A DNA stretch of 61,208 nt. Source: an uncultured Bacilli bacterium (GTDB lineage: Bacteria > Bacillota_I > Bacilli_A > RF39 > UBA660). The position numbers and the translations under genes were made by a program. Location: NCBI GenBank assembly GCA_947601845.1, contig CANQGH010000002.1, positions 1 through 61,208 on the forward strand, written 5' to 3'. A model generated the notes under the pieces. It searched no databases, was not told the DNA's origin, and saw only the letters and a list, made by a program, of their open reading frames with translations. How positions within the stretch are numbered: the first letter of the stretch is position 1; every line of letters starts with the position of its first letter. Below, one piece after another: positions 39,184 through 48,244 of the stretch.

Positions 39184-40353
39184 ATGAAAATAGCAGTAGC
39201 AGGAACTGGATATGTAGGTTTATCTTTAGCTACATTATTAAGTCAAACAAACGAGGTAGTAGCATTAGATGTAATACCTGAGAAGGTGGAAATGATTAAC
39301 AATAGAATTTCACCAATTAAAGATAAAGAAATAGAAGAATATTTTGCAACTAAAGAATTAAACTTAAGAGCTACATTAGATTATGTAGAAGCATTTAAAG
39401 ATGCTAAATATGTAATAATATCTACTCCAACAAATTATGATGAAGAATTAAATTTCTTTGATACTTCATCTGTTGAAGATATTATTGAAAAAGTGATTAG
39501 TATGGGATCAAGTGATACTACAATGGTAGTTAAATCTACTATACCAGTAGGGTTTATTGAAAATATGAAAAAGAAATATAATATTAATAATATTTTGTTT
39601 TCACCTGAGTTCTTAAGAGAAGGTAAGGCTTTATATGATAATTTATATCCATCTAGGATTGTGGTAGGAGAAAAATCAGAAAGAGCTGTTGAGTTTGCTA
39701 ATTTATTAAAACAAGCATCTTTAAAAGAAGATGTTGTCATTAAATATATGAATTCTACGGAAGCTGAGGCCGTAAAATTATTTGCAAATACATACTTAGC
39801 TTTGCGAGTTTCATATTTTAACGAATTGGATACTTATGCCGAATTAAAAGGATTGAATACTAAGGATATTATTGAAGGAGTATGCCTAGACCCTAGAATA
39901 GGCGATCACTATAATAATCCATCCTTCGGATATGGTGGATATTGTCTTCCTAAAGACACCAAACAATTGTTAGCTAATTATAAGGATGTACCTGAAAATT
40001 TAATAGAGGCTATTGTAAAAGCTAATGACACAAGAAAAGATCATATTACAAATATGATTTTAAAGACAAAGCCAAGAGTAGTTGGTATATATAGACTTAC
40101 TATGAAGACTGGTTCTGATAATTTTAGAGCAAGTGCCATTCAAGGTATAATAGATAGGTTGAAAATGTATGATATTGAAGTTGTTATTTATGAGCCAACG
40201 TTAAAAACAAATACTTTTAATGATTACCGAGTAATTGAAGATTTCAATGAGTTTGCATCTATTACCGATGTGGTTCTAGCTAATAGGATGGATGAAGAAT
40301 TAAGCTGTATTAGTGATAAGGTATATACAAGAGATTTATATTCACGAGATTAA
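39184..40353 (+). CDS. ugd: UDP-glucose 6-dehydrogenase
   Basis: [36 protein letters not shown], and catalytic [10 protein letters not shown]. Confidence 0.92.
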   Translation: MKIAVAGTGYVGLSLATLLSQTNEVVALDVIPEKVEMINNRISPIKDKEIEEYFATKELNLRATLDYVEAFKDAKYVIISTPTNYDEELNFFDTSSVEDIIEKVISMGSSDTTMVVKSTIPVGFIENMKKKYNINNILFSPEFLREGKALYDNLYPSRIVVGEKSERAVEFANLLKQASLKEDVVIKYMNSTEAEAVKLFANTYLALRVSYFNELDTYAELKGLNTKDIIEGVCLDPRIGDHYNNPSFGYGGYCLPKDTKQLLANYKDVPENLIEAIVKANDTRKDHITNMILKTKPRVVGIYRLTMKTGSDNFRASAIQGIIDRLKMYDIEVVIYEPTLKTNTFNDYRVIEDFNEFASITDVVLANRMDEELSCISDKVYTRDLYSRD

Positions 40354-40394
40354 AAAATAGCAAAAATTGGTAATTTTTATAGAAAGGAAATCAT

Positions 40395-40889
40395 ATGAAA
40401 TTTTTAAAATCTAAAGCATTTAGTTGGATTTTAGTTATTCTTTGGATGATAGTTATCTTTTGGCTATCATCTATGTCGGGAGTAGAATCAGAGACTAAGA
40501 GTAAAGGAATGATTAGTAATTTTGTAGAAACAACTATTGACAAGACTAATGATTTAGGTATCACTGATAAACATTTATCTAGTGATAAACTAGAGACCAT
40601 TACCAATGAATTAAATTATCCATTAAGAAAATTTATGCATGCTGGGGTTTACTTAGTCCTTTCTATATTAGTCTTAAATGCTTTTTATCGAAGTGACATA
40701 AATAATAGAAAATATTTACTTGCTATCTTATTTTGTTTTATTTACGCGTGTACTGATGAGTTTCATCAATTATTTGTAGGAAGAACAGGACAGTTTTTAG
40801 ATGTTTTAATAGATACATTAGGAGCAATTATTGGTTGTTTTGTATATTATATTATAACTAGAAGACATAAAACTCATTCTTTTAGGTAA
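40395..40889 (+). CDS. VanZ-family membrane protein
   Basis: Four TM segments with HAGVY and TDEFHQLFVGRTGQFLDVLIDTLGA motifs. Confidence 0.8.
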   Translation: MKFLKSKAFSWILVILWMIVIFWLSSMSGVESETKSKGMISNFVETTIDKTNDLGITDKHLSSDKLETITNELNYPLRKFMHAGVYLVLSILVLNAFYRSDINNRKYLLAILFCFIYACTDEFHQLFVGRTGQFLDVLIDTLGAIIGCFVYYIITRRHKTHSFR

Positions 40890-40929
40890 ACTATTAATGT
40901 AGTTTTCTGAAAAGCTGTTAGGAGGAGAA

Positions 40930-41043
40930 ATGTTTAGTAATTTAATTATGCTAACAACGGGAGTTATAGTCGTTTCCTTTGATATACTTTTTGTATACTG
41001 CTCTTTAGTAGTTGCAAGTATGGCTGATAATGAATATTATTAG
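40930..41043 (+). CDS. Candidate 37-aa hydrophobic small protein (not in the ORF track)
   Basis: Strong SD aggagg (40920-40925) 4 nt before the ATG. Sequence is MFSNLIMLTTGVIVVSFDILFVYCSLVVASMADNEYY: one TM helix and an acidic tail. A T-run follows the stop. Confidence 0.4.
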   Translation: MFSNLIMLTTGVIVVSFDILFVYCSLVVASMADNEYY

Positions 41044-41121
41044 TCTTTTTTTATGTAGTTATGCTATAATATATTAGATATTTGTTAACTTATTGTTACT
41101 AAATAATGAAAGGATAAGACT

Positions 41122-42555
41122 ATGAAATTTTTAAATAAACGTGATGATTTTAACAATATTTTATTTATTATTATTTGTCTAATATCCTTATGCTTATTTA
41201 GTTATTACATAATAATTTTAGATATATTTCCTAAAAAATATTTAATAGGTGGATACATAATTATAGCAATACTTATTTTTTCATCACTAGTTTTTATGTA
41301 TTTTAGTGGAAAGAAAACATTTAAAATTAAGGGGTATTATCCAATAGCTATTTTTTCATTCATTCTTTTATATACTACTTTTTACTTACATAATACTTAT
41401 TATTTTTTAGACAATGCTAGTAGTAGTCAAGATAATAATTTAAAATATTCTGTCGTAACTTTAAAGGTTAATTCGTATCAACAGCTTGAAGATTTGAATG
41501 GGAAAAAAATTAGTTATTTTGATGATGATTATTCTAGTAATGTTAAAGACCAATTGGAAGATGTTATTTCTTATCAGGAAGTTTTAGCTAATAATATTGG
41601 AACTTTAGCTGATAATTTGCTAGAAAAAAATGTTGATGCATTATGCGTAGAAGATAATTCTTTAGATTTAATAAAAGAAGAAGTTTATGGTTTTGATGAT
41701 AGGGTTAAAACAGTTTCCCAGATAGAAATTAAAACCAATAAAGAAAATAATTTACTTAGGATAGATAATATAACTAGCAAAAATCAAGATCAATTTATTT
41801 TGTATATTAGTGGTATTGATCAGTATGGTAATGTCAATAGTATTATTGGCCGAAGTGATGTCAATATTTTAGCTGTTGTTAATATGAAGACTAATCATAT
41901 TTTACTTGTTAATACTCCAAGAGATTATTATGTTCAATTAGCTGGTACTCAAGGCTTAAAAGATAAACTTACCCATGCTGGTATTTATGGTATTGAGGAA
42001 AGCGTTAATACTTTAGAAAACTTATATGATATTAATATAGATTACTATGTAAAAGTTAATTTTAATACCCTTATTAATGTAGTTGATGTAGTAGGGGGAA
42101 TTGATATATATTCTGATACTTCTTTTGGACCTATATATCGAGGTTGGAATCATCTAAATGGTGAAAAAGCTTTAACTTATTCTAGAGAAAGGCATGCTTA
42201 TGCTTCAGGTGATAATCATAGGGGTGCTAATCAACAACAAGTAATTACTGCTATTATTAATAAGATAACTAACTCAACGGTATTAATCAGTAATTACAAT
42301 CATATTTTATCTACTCTTGATGGTAGTTTTCAAACCAATATGCCTAGATATAGAACAACTAGTTTTCTTCGTTATCAGTTAGATACAATGGCTAATTGGA
42401 AAATAGAAAGCATTGCAGTAACTGGATATAATAGTATGAATTATACTTATAGTATGGGTACCAATTATTTATTATATGTTATGGAACCTAATTTAGATAG
42501 TATAGCTAGCGCTAAAAAGAAGATAAATGAAATATTAGTTGAAAGGTTAGTATGA
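41122..42555 (+). CDS. LCP (LytR-CpsA-Psr) family glycopolymer phosphotransferase, copy 1
   Basis: N-terminal TM region. Catalytic domain motifs RSDVNILAVVN, VNTPRDYYV, LTHAGIYG, VNFNTLINVVDVVGGIDI and YSRERHAYASGDNHRGANQQQV. Confidence 0.9.
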   Translation: MKFLNKRDDFNNILFIIICLISLCLFSYYIIILDIFPKKYLIGGYIIIAILIFSSLVFMYFSGKKTFKIKGYYPIAIFSFILLYTTFYLHNTYYFLDNASSSQDNNLKYSVVTLKVNSYQQLEDLNGKKISYFDDDYSSNVKDQLEDVISYQEVLANNIGTLADNLLEKNVDALCVEDNSLDLIKEEVYGFDDRVKTVSQIEIKTNKENNLLRIDNITSKNQDQFILYISGIDQYGNVNSIIGRSDVNILAVVNMKTNHILLVNTPRDYYVQLAGTQGLKDKLTHAGIYGIEESVNTLENLYDINIDYYVKVNFNTLINVVDVVGGIDIYSDTSFGPIYRGWNHLNGEKALTYSRERHAYASGDNHRGANQQQVITAIINKITNSTVLISNYNHILSTLDGSFQTNMPRYRTTSFLRYQLDTMANWKIESIAVTGYNSMNYTYSMGTNYLLYVMEPNLDSIASAKKKINEILVERLV

Positions 42556-43598
42556 AAAATTATAAAATTAAATTAAAAATATTAGTATATGGTTTTCCAC
42601 CATTAGTTGAAAAATGTATAATTGATAACTTCGAGCTAAAAAATGCTATTATAAATGAAGAAAACATAGTTAAGTCTACTAAAAAAGATAGTTTTAGCAC
42701 GGCTATTTATATTACATCTTGCTCTTATAGAATACAAAAAGGAGAGCCATTATATTACAATTATTTCGAAAATATAGACTATATCAATGTAGAAACTGAT
42801 GATACAGAAGATAAAATAGAAATAATGCATAAGGCAAATATCATCAATAAACTTATGTCTTTTCAAAAAAAATTAAGATTGCAATTTAATGTTAGAATAA
42901 TTTTCCCTATTAGTAGAATAGAGATTTATAGGGATAATGATGAATTTTTTGATAGTGTTGTTAATTATTGGGATTTTCCAATTGAACCGATGTTAATACA
43001 CTTTGATAAAGTTTCTTTTGAACATAATAGTCATTTCCATTTTGAATTACAAAGTTTTGAACAATTAGAACATGCAAATGTAAAGTTTGAACGCGCGATT
43101 AATTATTTCGTTTCATCATTTGATTCTAGTAATATATCTTTACGATATTTGCTATTATTTAGTTCTATGGAAGCACTTTTAATTAATTCTAAAAAGAATA
43201 TAACAGAAAACTTAGCTAATCGTATGAGTAAGATTTTACTCTATAATGATAGCATTAAAGAAAAAGATGCTTATAACAAGATAAAAGAATTATATAATAT
43301 TAGATCAAAATATATACATGGTTCTAAAAAAAATATAATTACTAATGATAATGAACGAGATTTAAGATGTTATGTTAGAGAAGTATTAATTATTTATTGG
43401 GTATATGCTATTAATAATAAATTGGGGTCTGGTCAAATAATAAAGAATATAGATAATAATGTTGAAGTTGACTTTGGTACTAAAACATTAGCTAGATACT
43501 TACGAGTTAACGATTATAAACGGGCTTATATTGAATCATGTACGGAAATAGCCAATGGTATATTGAGTGGAAAATTTAAAATAAGGAAGGAAGATTAA
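42552..43598 (+). CDS. HEPN-domain protein (Rx4H RNase motif) with an uncharacterised N-terminal domain
   Basis: The C-terminal helical domain has LLLFSSMEALL and ELYNIRSKYIHG (R251-x4-H256, nt 43302-43319). Its ATG overlaps the LCP stop (ATGA at 42552-42555). Confidence 0.65.
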   Translation: MKNYKIKLKILVYGFPPLVEKCIIDNFELKNAIINEENIVKSTKKDSFSTAIYITSCSYRIQKGEPLYYNYFENIDYINVETDDTEDKIEIMHKANIINKLMSFQKKLRLQFNVRIIFPISRIEIYRDNDEFFDSVVNYWDFPIEPMLIHFDKVSFEHNSHFHFELQSFEQLEHANVKFERAINYFVSSFDSSNISLRYLLLFSSMEALLINSKKNITENLANRMSKILLYNDSIKEKDAYNKIKELYNIRSKYIHGSKKNIITNDNERDLRCYVREVLIIYWVYAINNKLGSGQIIKNIDNNVEVDFGTKTLARYLRVNDYKRAYIESCTEIANGILSGKFKIRKED

Positions 43599-43858
43599 TA
43601 TCCGAACATTTTTGTGAAAAGATATTAATAAATGGGAAATTGATTGATATCATATATATAAATGCTTTGAGTATTGTCCATCAGAAACTAGATAGTTGAT
43701 TCAATTGGCAGATGTTTTTTCAATATATTTAAATAGCTGTTATCAAAGTAAATTAGATATGGTGGTAGCGAATGATTATATTAAGTGTGAATTTCACTTC
43801 CCGCTATCTTGACAAAAGTTGGTATTGACACAGCTTTTACTTTTTTGAAAAACCTAAC

Positions 43859-43886
43859 TTGACAATTATATTAAAGTCAGTATAAT
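43859..43886 (+). promoter_or_regulatory. Near-consensus sigma-A promoter for the ATPase/TOPRIM pair
   Basis: TTGACA (43859-43864), 16-nt spacer, TATAAT (43881-43886). Two more TTGACA boxes lie at 43809 and 43825. Confidence 0.6.
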
Positions 43887-43889
43887 AGT

Positions 43890-43933
43890 GTAAAAAAAAT
43901 ACATTTTAATAAAAATTAATGTATTTTTTTTAC
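43890..43933. promoter_or_regulatory. Perfect 16-bp inverted repeat overlapping the predicted transcription start (operator or 5' hairpin)
   Basis: gtaaaaaaaatacatt (43890-43905), 12-nt spacer, aatgtattttttttac (43918-43933). Confidence 0.55.
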
Positions 43934-43968
43934 ATTTTTATAATATAATACAAATGAGGGGTGCTAAT

Positions 43969-45126
43969 ATGTTAACAGGGATTACCTTAAAAGATTATAC
44001 TACTTTTATTAAGGAAACAACTTTTGATTTTAAAGCCACTAATTATAAGATACTAGAAAGTACTAATGTAGGAGTAAATAGAGTTTTAAAAGGAGCATTA
44101 TTTATAGGTGAAAATGCATCTGGTAAAACACAAGTTTTAGATGCTATTATGTTATTATTAAATTTATTATTAACCAATTCTGAACAAAATTATATGGTAA
44201 AAAAATCGTTATATACTAAAGGTACTAAATTTAGTTTATCATATACCTTTAATGTTAGTAATAATGATATTAAATATGATATAACTTTTGATAAAAACAC
44301 GATAAGTTTAGAAAGACTTTATGTAAACGGTGTATTAAAACTTGATCGAGTAGGTAAAAGTGGAGAAACTAGTTTTGGGTTGGAAAAAGATGTTAAAGAT
44401 GATATTAATCCTAGTTTATCATTATTGAAATTAGAATATTACAACACCAAATTTAATAATGATCCCGTTTTAAATGACTGGTTTGACTTCTTAAAAAATT
44501 CATTATATATCAATTGCTTACTAAAAGCGTGTCAATCTTTTAATCCAGCTAAAATAAATGAACAAGCCATCATCAAATATGTAGAGAACAACGATGCGAC
44601 TAAATTAAATAAATTAATAGATAAGCTTAATTATAACAGCGAAATTGTATTTGAAGAACAAAATCCAGGTGATGGCAAAGTAGTGGGAGTTAATTCTACT
44701 AAAATGATTGGTTTAAAGAAAAAAGGAACAGATGTAGTTATACCTTTAGGACTAGAGTCAGCTGGTAATCAAGCTTTTGTTAATATTATTTTACCAATAC
44801 ATTATGCTGTTAAAAATAATTGTATGATAATTGTTGATGAATTTAGTAGTGGCCTTCATAATGAATTGGAAGAAGCTTTAATAAAATACTTTTTTAATAA
44901 TAGCAAAAATTCTCAAATATTTTTTACATCCCATTCAACTAATTTACTTGATACTGATATTTTGCGACCTGATCAAATTTACTCTTTCAAGTTTGATGCC
45001 CAAAATGGTACTTCAATAAAAAGATTCTCAGATGAAAATCCGAGAGAATCACAGAATATTGAAAAAATGTATTTAAATGGAGTCTTTGATGGAATGCCTA
45101 AATACAGCAAAGAATTTAAAGATTAA
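43969..45126 (+). CDS. ABC/AAA_21-type ATPase of a split OLD-family pair (AriA/AbiLi/RloA-like)
   Basis: Walker A GENASGKT, signature-like LESAGNQ, Walker B MIIVDEFSSGLH, H-loop FFTSHS. ATG 43969 follows SD gagggg. Confidence 0.75.
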   Translation: MLTGITLKDYTTFIKETTFDFKATNYKILESTNVGVNRVLKGALFIGENASGKTQVLDAIMLLLNLLLTNSEQNYMVKKSLYTKGTKFSLSYTFNVSNNDIKYDITFDKNTISLERLYVNGVLKLDRVGKSGETSFGLEKDVKDDINPSLSLLKLEYYNTKFNNDPVLNDWFDFLKNSLYINCLLKACQSFNPAKINEQAIIKYVENNDATKLNKLIDKLNYNSEIVFEEQNPGDGKVVGVNSTKMIGLKKKGTDVVIPLGLESAGNQAFVNIILPIHYAVKNNCMIIVDEFSSGLHNELEEALIKYFFNNSKNSQIFFTSHSTNLLDTDILRPDQIYSFKFDAQNGTSIKRFSDENPRESQNIEKMYLNGVFDGMPKYSKEFKD

Positions 45127-45835
45127 TAAAGATAAGACAATTGGTCCAGTCGTTATTGTAGTTGAAGGAGAAGAGGATGAGTTTAGATTACTAAAACATA
45201 TATTTACTACTATATTAGATTATAATTATATTACAATTAAAAGAAATAAAATTATGAAACATGAGTTTCAAAGTAAAACCAATAAAAATTGTAACGTAAT
45301 CATAGCCAATACTAAAAGTTCTAGTATTAAAACAATTACTGATGATGGTGAATTTAAAGATAAACTATATCAAATATTAAAAAAAGAATATAAAAGAAGT
45401 TTAAAAAATACTCCTATATATATTATGTGGGATAGAGATAAAGAAATAGATGAAGACAAGATAATTGATGATTATTATAGAAAAGCCATAAATACTTTTT
45501 ATAGTGCTCAGGATAATGAGTATGAGATGAATGGACTTTTACTTTTAAGTTATCCATGTCATGAAAGTTATAATTTATCTAATTTCTATAAAAGATTATG
45601 GAAAAAGACATATCATACAAGTGCTGAATGTAAGCATGAATTTAATAGTTCAATACATTATATAAAAGATATTAATGATAAGACACTTCTATTAGCAGTA
45701 GAGAATATGCATCATTCTATGATGGAATATGGAATTAGAAATTATGATCCATCTAATTTAAAAAAATTAAATAATACTATTTATAGAAAAGAAGAAGAGT
45801 GTTTTAGAAATAATAAATATTTTAGAGCTCTTTAA
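45077..45835 (+). CDS. TOPRIM-like nuclease partner (DUF4435/RloB-type; AriB/AbiLii-like)
   Basis: N-terminal beta-strand plus acidic motif VVIVVEGEEDEF, and a later WDRD acidic motif. It overlaps the ATPase gene by 38-50 nt, consistent with translational coupling. Family assignment is by motif only. Confidence 0.6.
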   Translation: MESLMECLNTAKNLKINKDKTIGPVVIVVEGEEDEFRLLKHIFTTILDYNYITIKRNKIMKHEFQSKTNKNCNVIIANTKSSSIKTITDDGEFKDKLYQILKKEYKRSLKNTPIYIMWDRDKEIDEDKIIDDYYRKAINTFYSAQDNEYEMNGLLLLSYPCHESYNLSNFYKRLWKKTYHTSAECKHEFNSSIHYIKDINDKTLLLAVENMHHSMMEYGIRNYDPSNLKKLNNTIYRKEEECFRNNKYFRAL

Positions 45836-45879
45836 TTAATAAGTATAATGTTTATTGATTTAGGAATTATTGTAGAAGA

Positions 45880-45914
45880 AGACTGAGTAATAATGATTAC
45901 TTAGTCTTTTTTTC
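45880..45914 (+). terminator. Rho-independent terminator
   Basis: agactgagtaa (45880-45890) / ttacttagtct (45897-45907) with one G-U pair, then T7. Confidence 0.75.
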
Positions 45915-45983
45915 GCCATTTTTTTCAAAAGTTAAGAAGTATATTTTTTATTGATAAAGGGAATTCTTATAATAGGTGAACTT

Positions 45984-47414
45984 ATGAATAAAAAATATAA
46001 AAGTATAATCTTTTCTTTTTTAAATATTGTATTTACTATGTTATTGATTGGTACTTTTTATACCTTTAATTATTATTTAGTAAACTTAGATATTATACCT
46101 TTTAAGCTATTATTTAAAGGTTATATTGCTATAGGTATATTGTTTATAGTTCTATTGATGTTTATGTATTTGTCGAAAAAAGTTTTTTTTAAAATACTAA
46201 GTTATATTCCTGTTATGATTTGTAGTTTTGCTTTTATAGTGATGACTGGATATTTACATAATACTAATTCTTTTATAGAAAATGTTAGTGTTAAAGAAGA
46301 AAAGCATTATTTAAACTATTCGGTTGTAACTTTGAAAGCAGAAAAGTATCAAAGTATTTCAGATTTGGTAAATGAAGATATTAGTTATTTTGATGATGAT
46401 TATCTTCTTAGTATTAAGAATGCATTAAATAAGTTAATTGGTTATGAAGAAGTTTTAGCATATGATATAGGGACTTTAGCTAATAGTCTATTAGATAGGG
46501 AAGTATCAGCCATATGTGTAGAAGATAGTATTTTAGAACTAATTAATGATGAAGTAGAAGACTTTCGTGATAACATTAAAGTAATTTATACTTTTAAAAT
46601 TGATTTAGATGATAATGTAGTAAATGTTTTTAGTGAAGATGATATAAAAAATGATCATTTTATTTTGTATATTAGTGGTATAGACCAATATGGTGATGTT
46701 AATAATGTTAGGGGGCGCAGTGATGTTAATATTTTAGCAATAGTTAACATGTATACTAAACACATATTATTAGTTAATACTCCAAGAGATTATTATGTTC
46801 AATTAGCAGGGACCAAAGGCTTAAAAGATAAACTTACTCATGCTGGTATTTATGGTATTGAAAAAAGTGTTAATACTTTAGAGGAGTTATATGATATCGA
46901 TATTGATTATTATTTAAAAGTTAATTTTAATACGCTTATTAATGTGGTTGATGTTATAGGAGGAGTTGATATATACTCGGATAGTGCTTTTGGTAATATA
47001 TCCAAAGGATGGAATCATTTAGATGGTAAAGGAGCTTTAGCTTATTCTAGAGAAAGGTATGCTTATATAACGGGAGATAATCATAGGGGTGCTAATCAAC
47101 AACAAGTTATTACGGCGATTATCGATAAAGTTAGTCAATCTTCAGTTTTAATAAAAAAGTATAATAGTATTTTATCGGCTCTAGATGGTAGTTTTCAAAC
47201 TAATATACCTAAATCAGTAATTACTAGTTTTATTCGCCTTCAATTAAATAATATGTCCGCATGGCAAGTAGAAAGTATGGCGGTTGTTGGTACTGACAGC
47301 ATGAATTACACTTATAGTATGGGGACAAATTATTTACTATATGTAATGGAACCCGATTTAGAAAGTGTGTCTAATGCCAAAAATAGAATTAATGATGTAT
47401 TGGTAGAAGAGTAA
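45984..47414 (+). CDS. LCP (LytR-CpsA-Psr) family glycopolymer phosphotransferase, copy 2
   Basis: Same motifs as copy 1 (RSDVNILAIVN, VNTPRDYYVQLAGT, YSRERYAYITGDNHRGANQQQV). ATG 45984 follows SD aggtga. Confidence 0.9.
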   Translation: MNKKYKSIIFSFLNIVFTMLLIGTFYTFNYYLVNLDIIPFKLLFKGYIAIGILFIVLLMFMYLSKKVFFKILSYIPVMICSFAFIVMTGYLHNTNSFIENVSVKEEKHYLNYSVVTLKAEKYQSISDLVNEDISYFDDDYLLSIKNALNKLIGYEEVLAYDIGTLANSLLDREVSAICVEDSILELINDEVEDFRDNIKVIYTFKIDLDDNVVNVFSEDDIKNDHFILYISGIDQYGDVNNVRGRSDVNILAIVNMYTKHILLVNTPRDYYVQLAGTKGLKDKLTHAGIYGIEKSVNTLEELYDIDIDYYLKVNFNTLINVVDVIGGVDIYSDSAFGNISKGWNHLDGKGALAYSRERYAYITGDNHRGANQQQVITAIIDKVSQSSVLIKKYNSILSALDGSFQTNIPKSVITSFIRLQLNNMSAWQVESMAVVGTDSMNYTYSMGTNYLLYVMEPDLESVSNAKNRINDVLVEE

Positions 47415-47459
47415 TTTTTACATCAGTGAATAGTAGTTTCATATTTAAAGTAAAAAAAT

Positions 47460-47497
47460 GCTGAATAGAAATTATCCATTTCTATTCAGCTCTTTTT
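47460..47497. terminator. Bidirectional terminator between LCP copy 2 and the toxin gene
   Basis: gctgaatagaaa (47460-47471) / tttctattcagc (47479-47490), flanked by an A7 run and tcttttt. Confidence 0.8.
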
Positions 47498-47550
47498 AAA
47501 CATTATTACTATACTATTTTCAAACACAGTAATAGATTTTATTCTAAAAA

Positions 47551-48033
47551 TCAATGCTCATTTGCCGTTTTTAATTCTTCAAGCATTTGCTTCTTGATTT
47601 TATCTATATCCGTAAAAAATAAATTGATACCACGTTTTTTTAAGTTCATTAAATCTTCAAAATTTTCTAAAATTATTTTGCTTAATTTTTCTGGCACTTT
47701 GGCAGGTTTATTATCGACTGTATGCACATGATCTATGTATTTTTCTAAAGTTGGAAAAGCATTTTGCAATAGAATAGCCGCATCATTATTGAATACTTTT
47801 TCAATTAATATTGTATTACAAAAGCCAAATTTTTCAATCTTTTTATCAACAATTTTTTTATATTTCTCGACTTTACTGCTTAGCGGAATAAACCATAATA
47901 TATCTTTGTCCTTAATAGTGAAATAGGTGGGGCGCTTTTTACCACGTTCATGATTAGTCATAAGATTTTCATCATTAACAACATCAAAAAACTCATCTTT
48001 AATATGATATAAATATCCTGTTTGTATGTTCAT
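47551..48033 (-). CDS. Type III toxin-antitoxin endoribonuclease toxin (ToxN/AbiQ/CptN-like)
   Basis: 160 aa. KKRPTYFTIKDKDILWFIPLSSKVEKYKK and AAILLQNAFP resemble the ToxN-family core. The genomic syntax (repeats, terminator, toxin) is diagnostic. Confidence 0.75.
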   Translation of the reverse strand: MNIQTGYLYHIKDEFFDVVNDENLMTNHERGKKRPTYFTIKDKDILWFIPLSSKVEKYKKIVDKKIEKFGFCNTILIEKVFNNDAAILLQNAFPTLEKYIDHVHTVDNKPAKVPEKLSKIILENFEDLMNLKKRGINLFFTDIDKIKKQMLEELKTANEH

Positions 48034-48063
48034 AATAATATCAGCTCCTAGTAATTATTATAT

Positions 48064-48103
48064 CAAAAGCAAAAAGAAAACTCTATTAGATGGTAGAGTT
48101 TTC
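48064..48103 (-). terminator. Intrinsic terminator between the antitoxin repeats and the toxin gene
   Basis: On the minus strand: gaaaactcta-ccatctaa-tagagttttc (perfect 10-bp stem), followed by tttttgctttt. Confidence 0.8.
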
Positions 48104-48210
48104 AAACATTTTCGACTGGGATTACTTATTACTCGCTAGCCACCCAGAAGCGAGAAACATTGTCGCCCAGGATTACTTATTACTCGCACCACCTGGAAGC
48201 GAGAAACATT
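48104..48210 (-). ncRNA. Type III antitoxin RNA: two tandem ~50-nt repeats plus a partial third
   Basis: Minus-strand units run 48210-48162 (49 nt) and 48161-48111 (51 nt). Both start AAUGUUUCUCGCUUC, and the motif restarts at 48110. Each unit has interleaved helices CUCGC/GCGAG and CCAGG/CCUGG (CUGGG/CCCAG in unit 2). Confidence 0.75.
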
Positions 48211-48244
48211 TACATTATTAATGCACTATTTCAAATGCAATAAT

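Noticed and set aside
48104-48210. Tandem repeats as a mini CRISPR array
   Set aside because: There are only about two directly abutting units with no spacers and no cas genes. The position between a promoter and a terminator-toxin gene fits a type III antitoxin instead.
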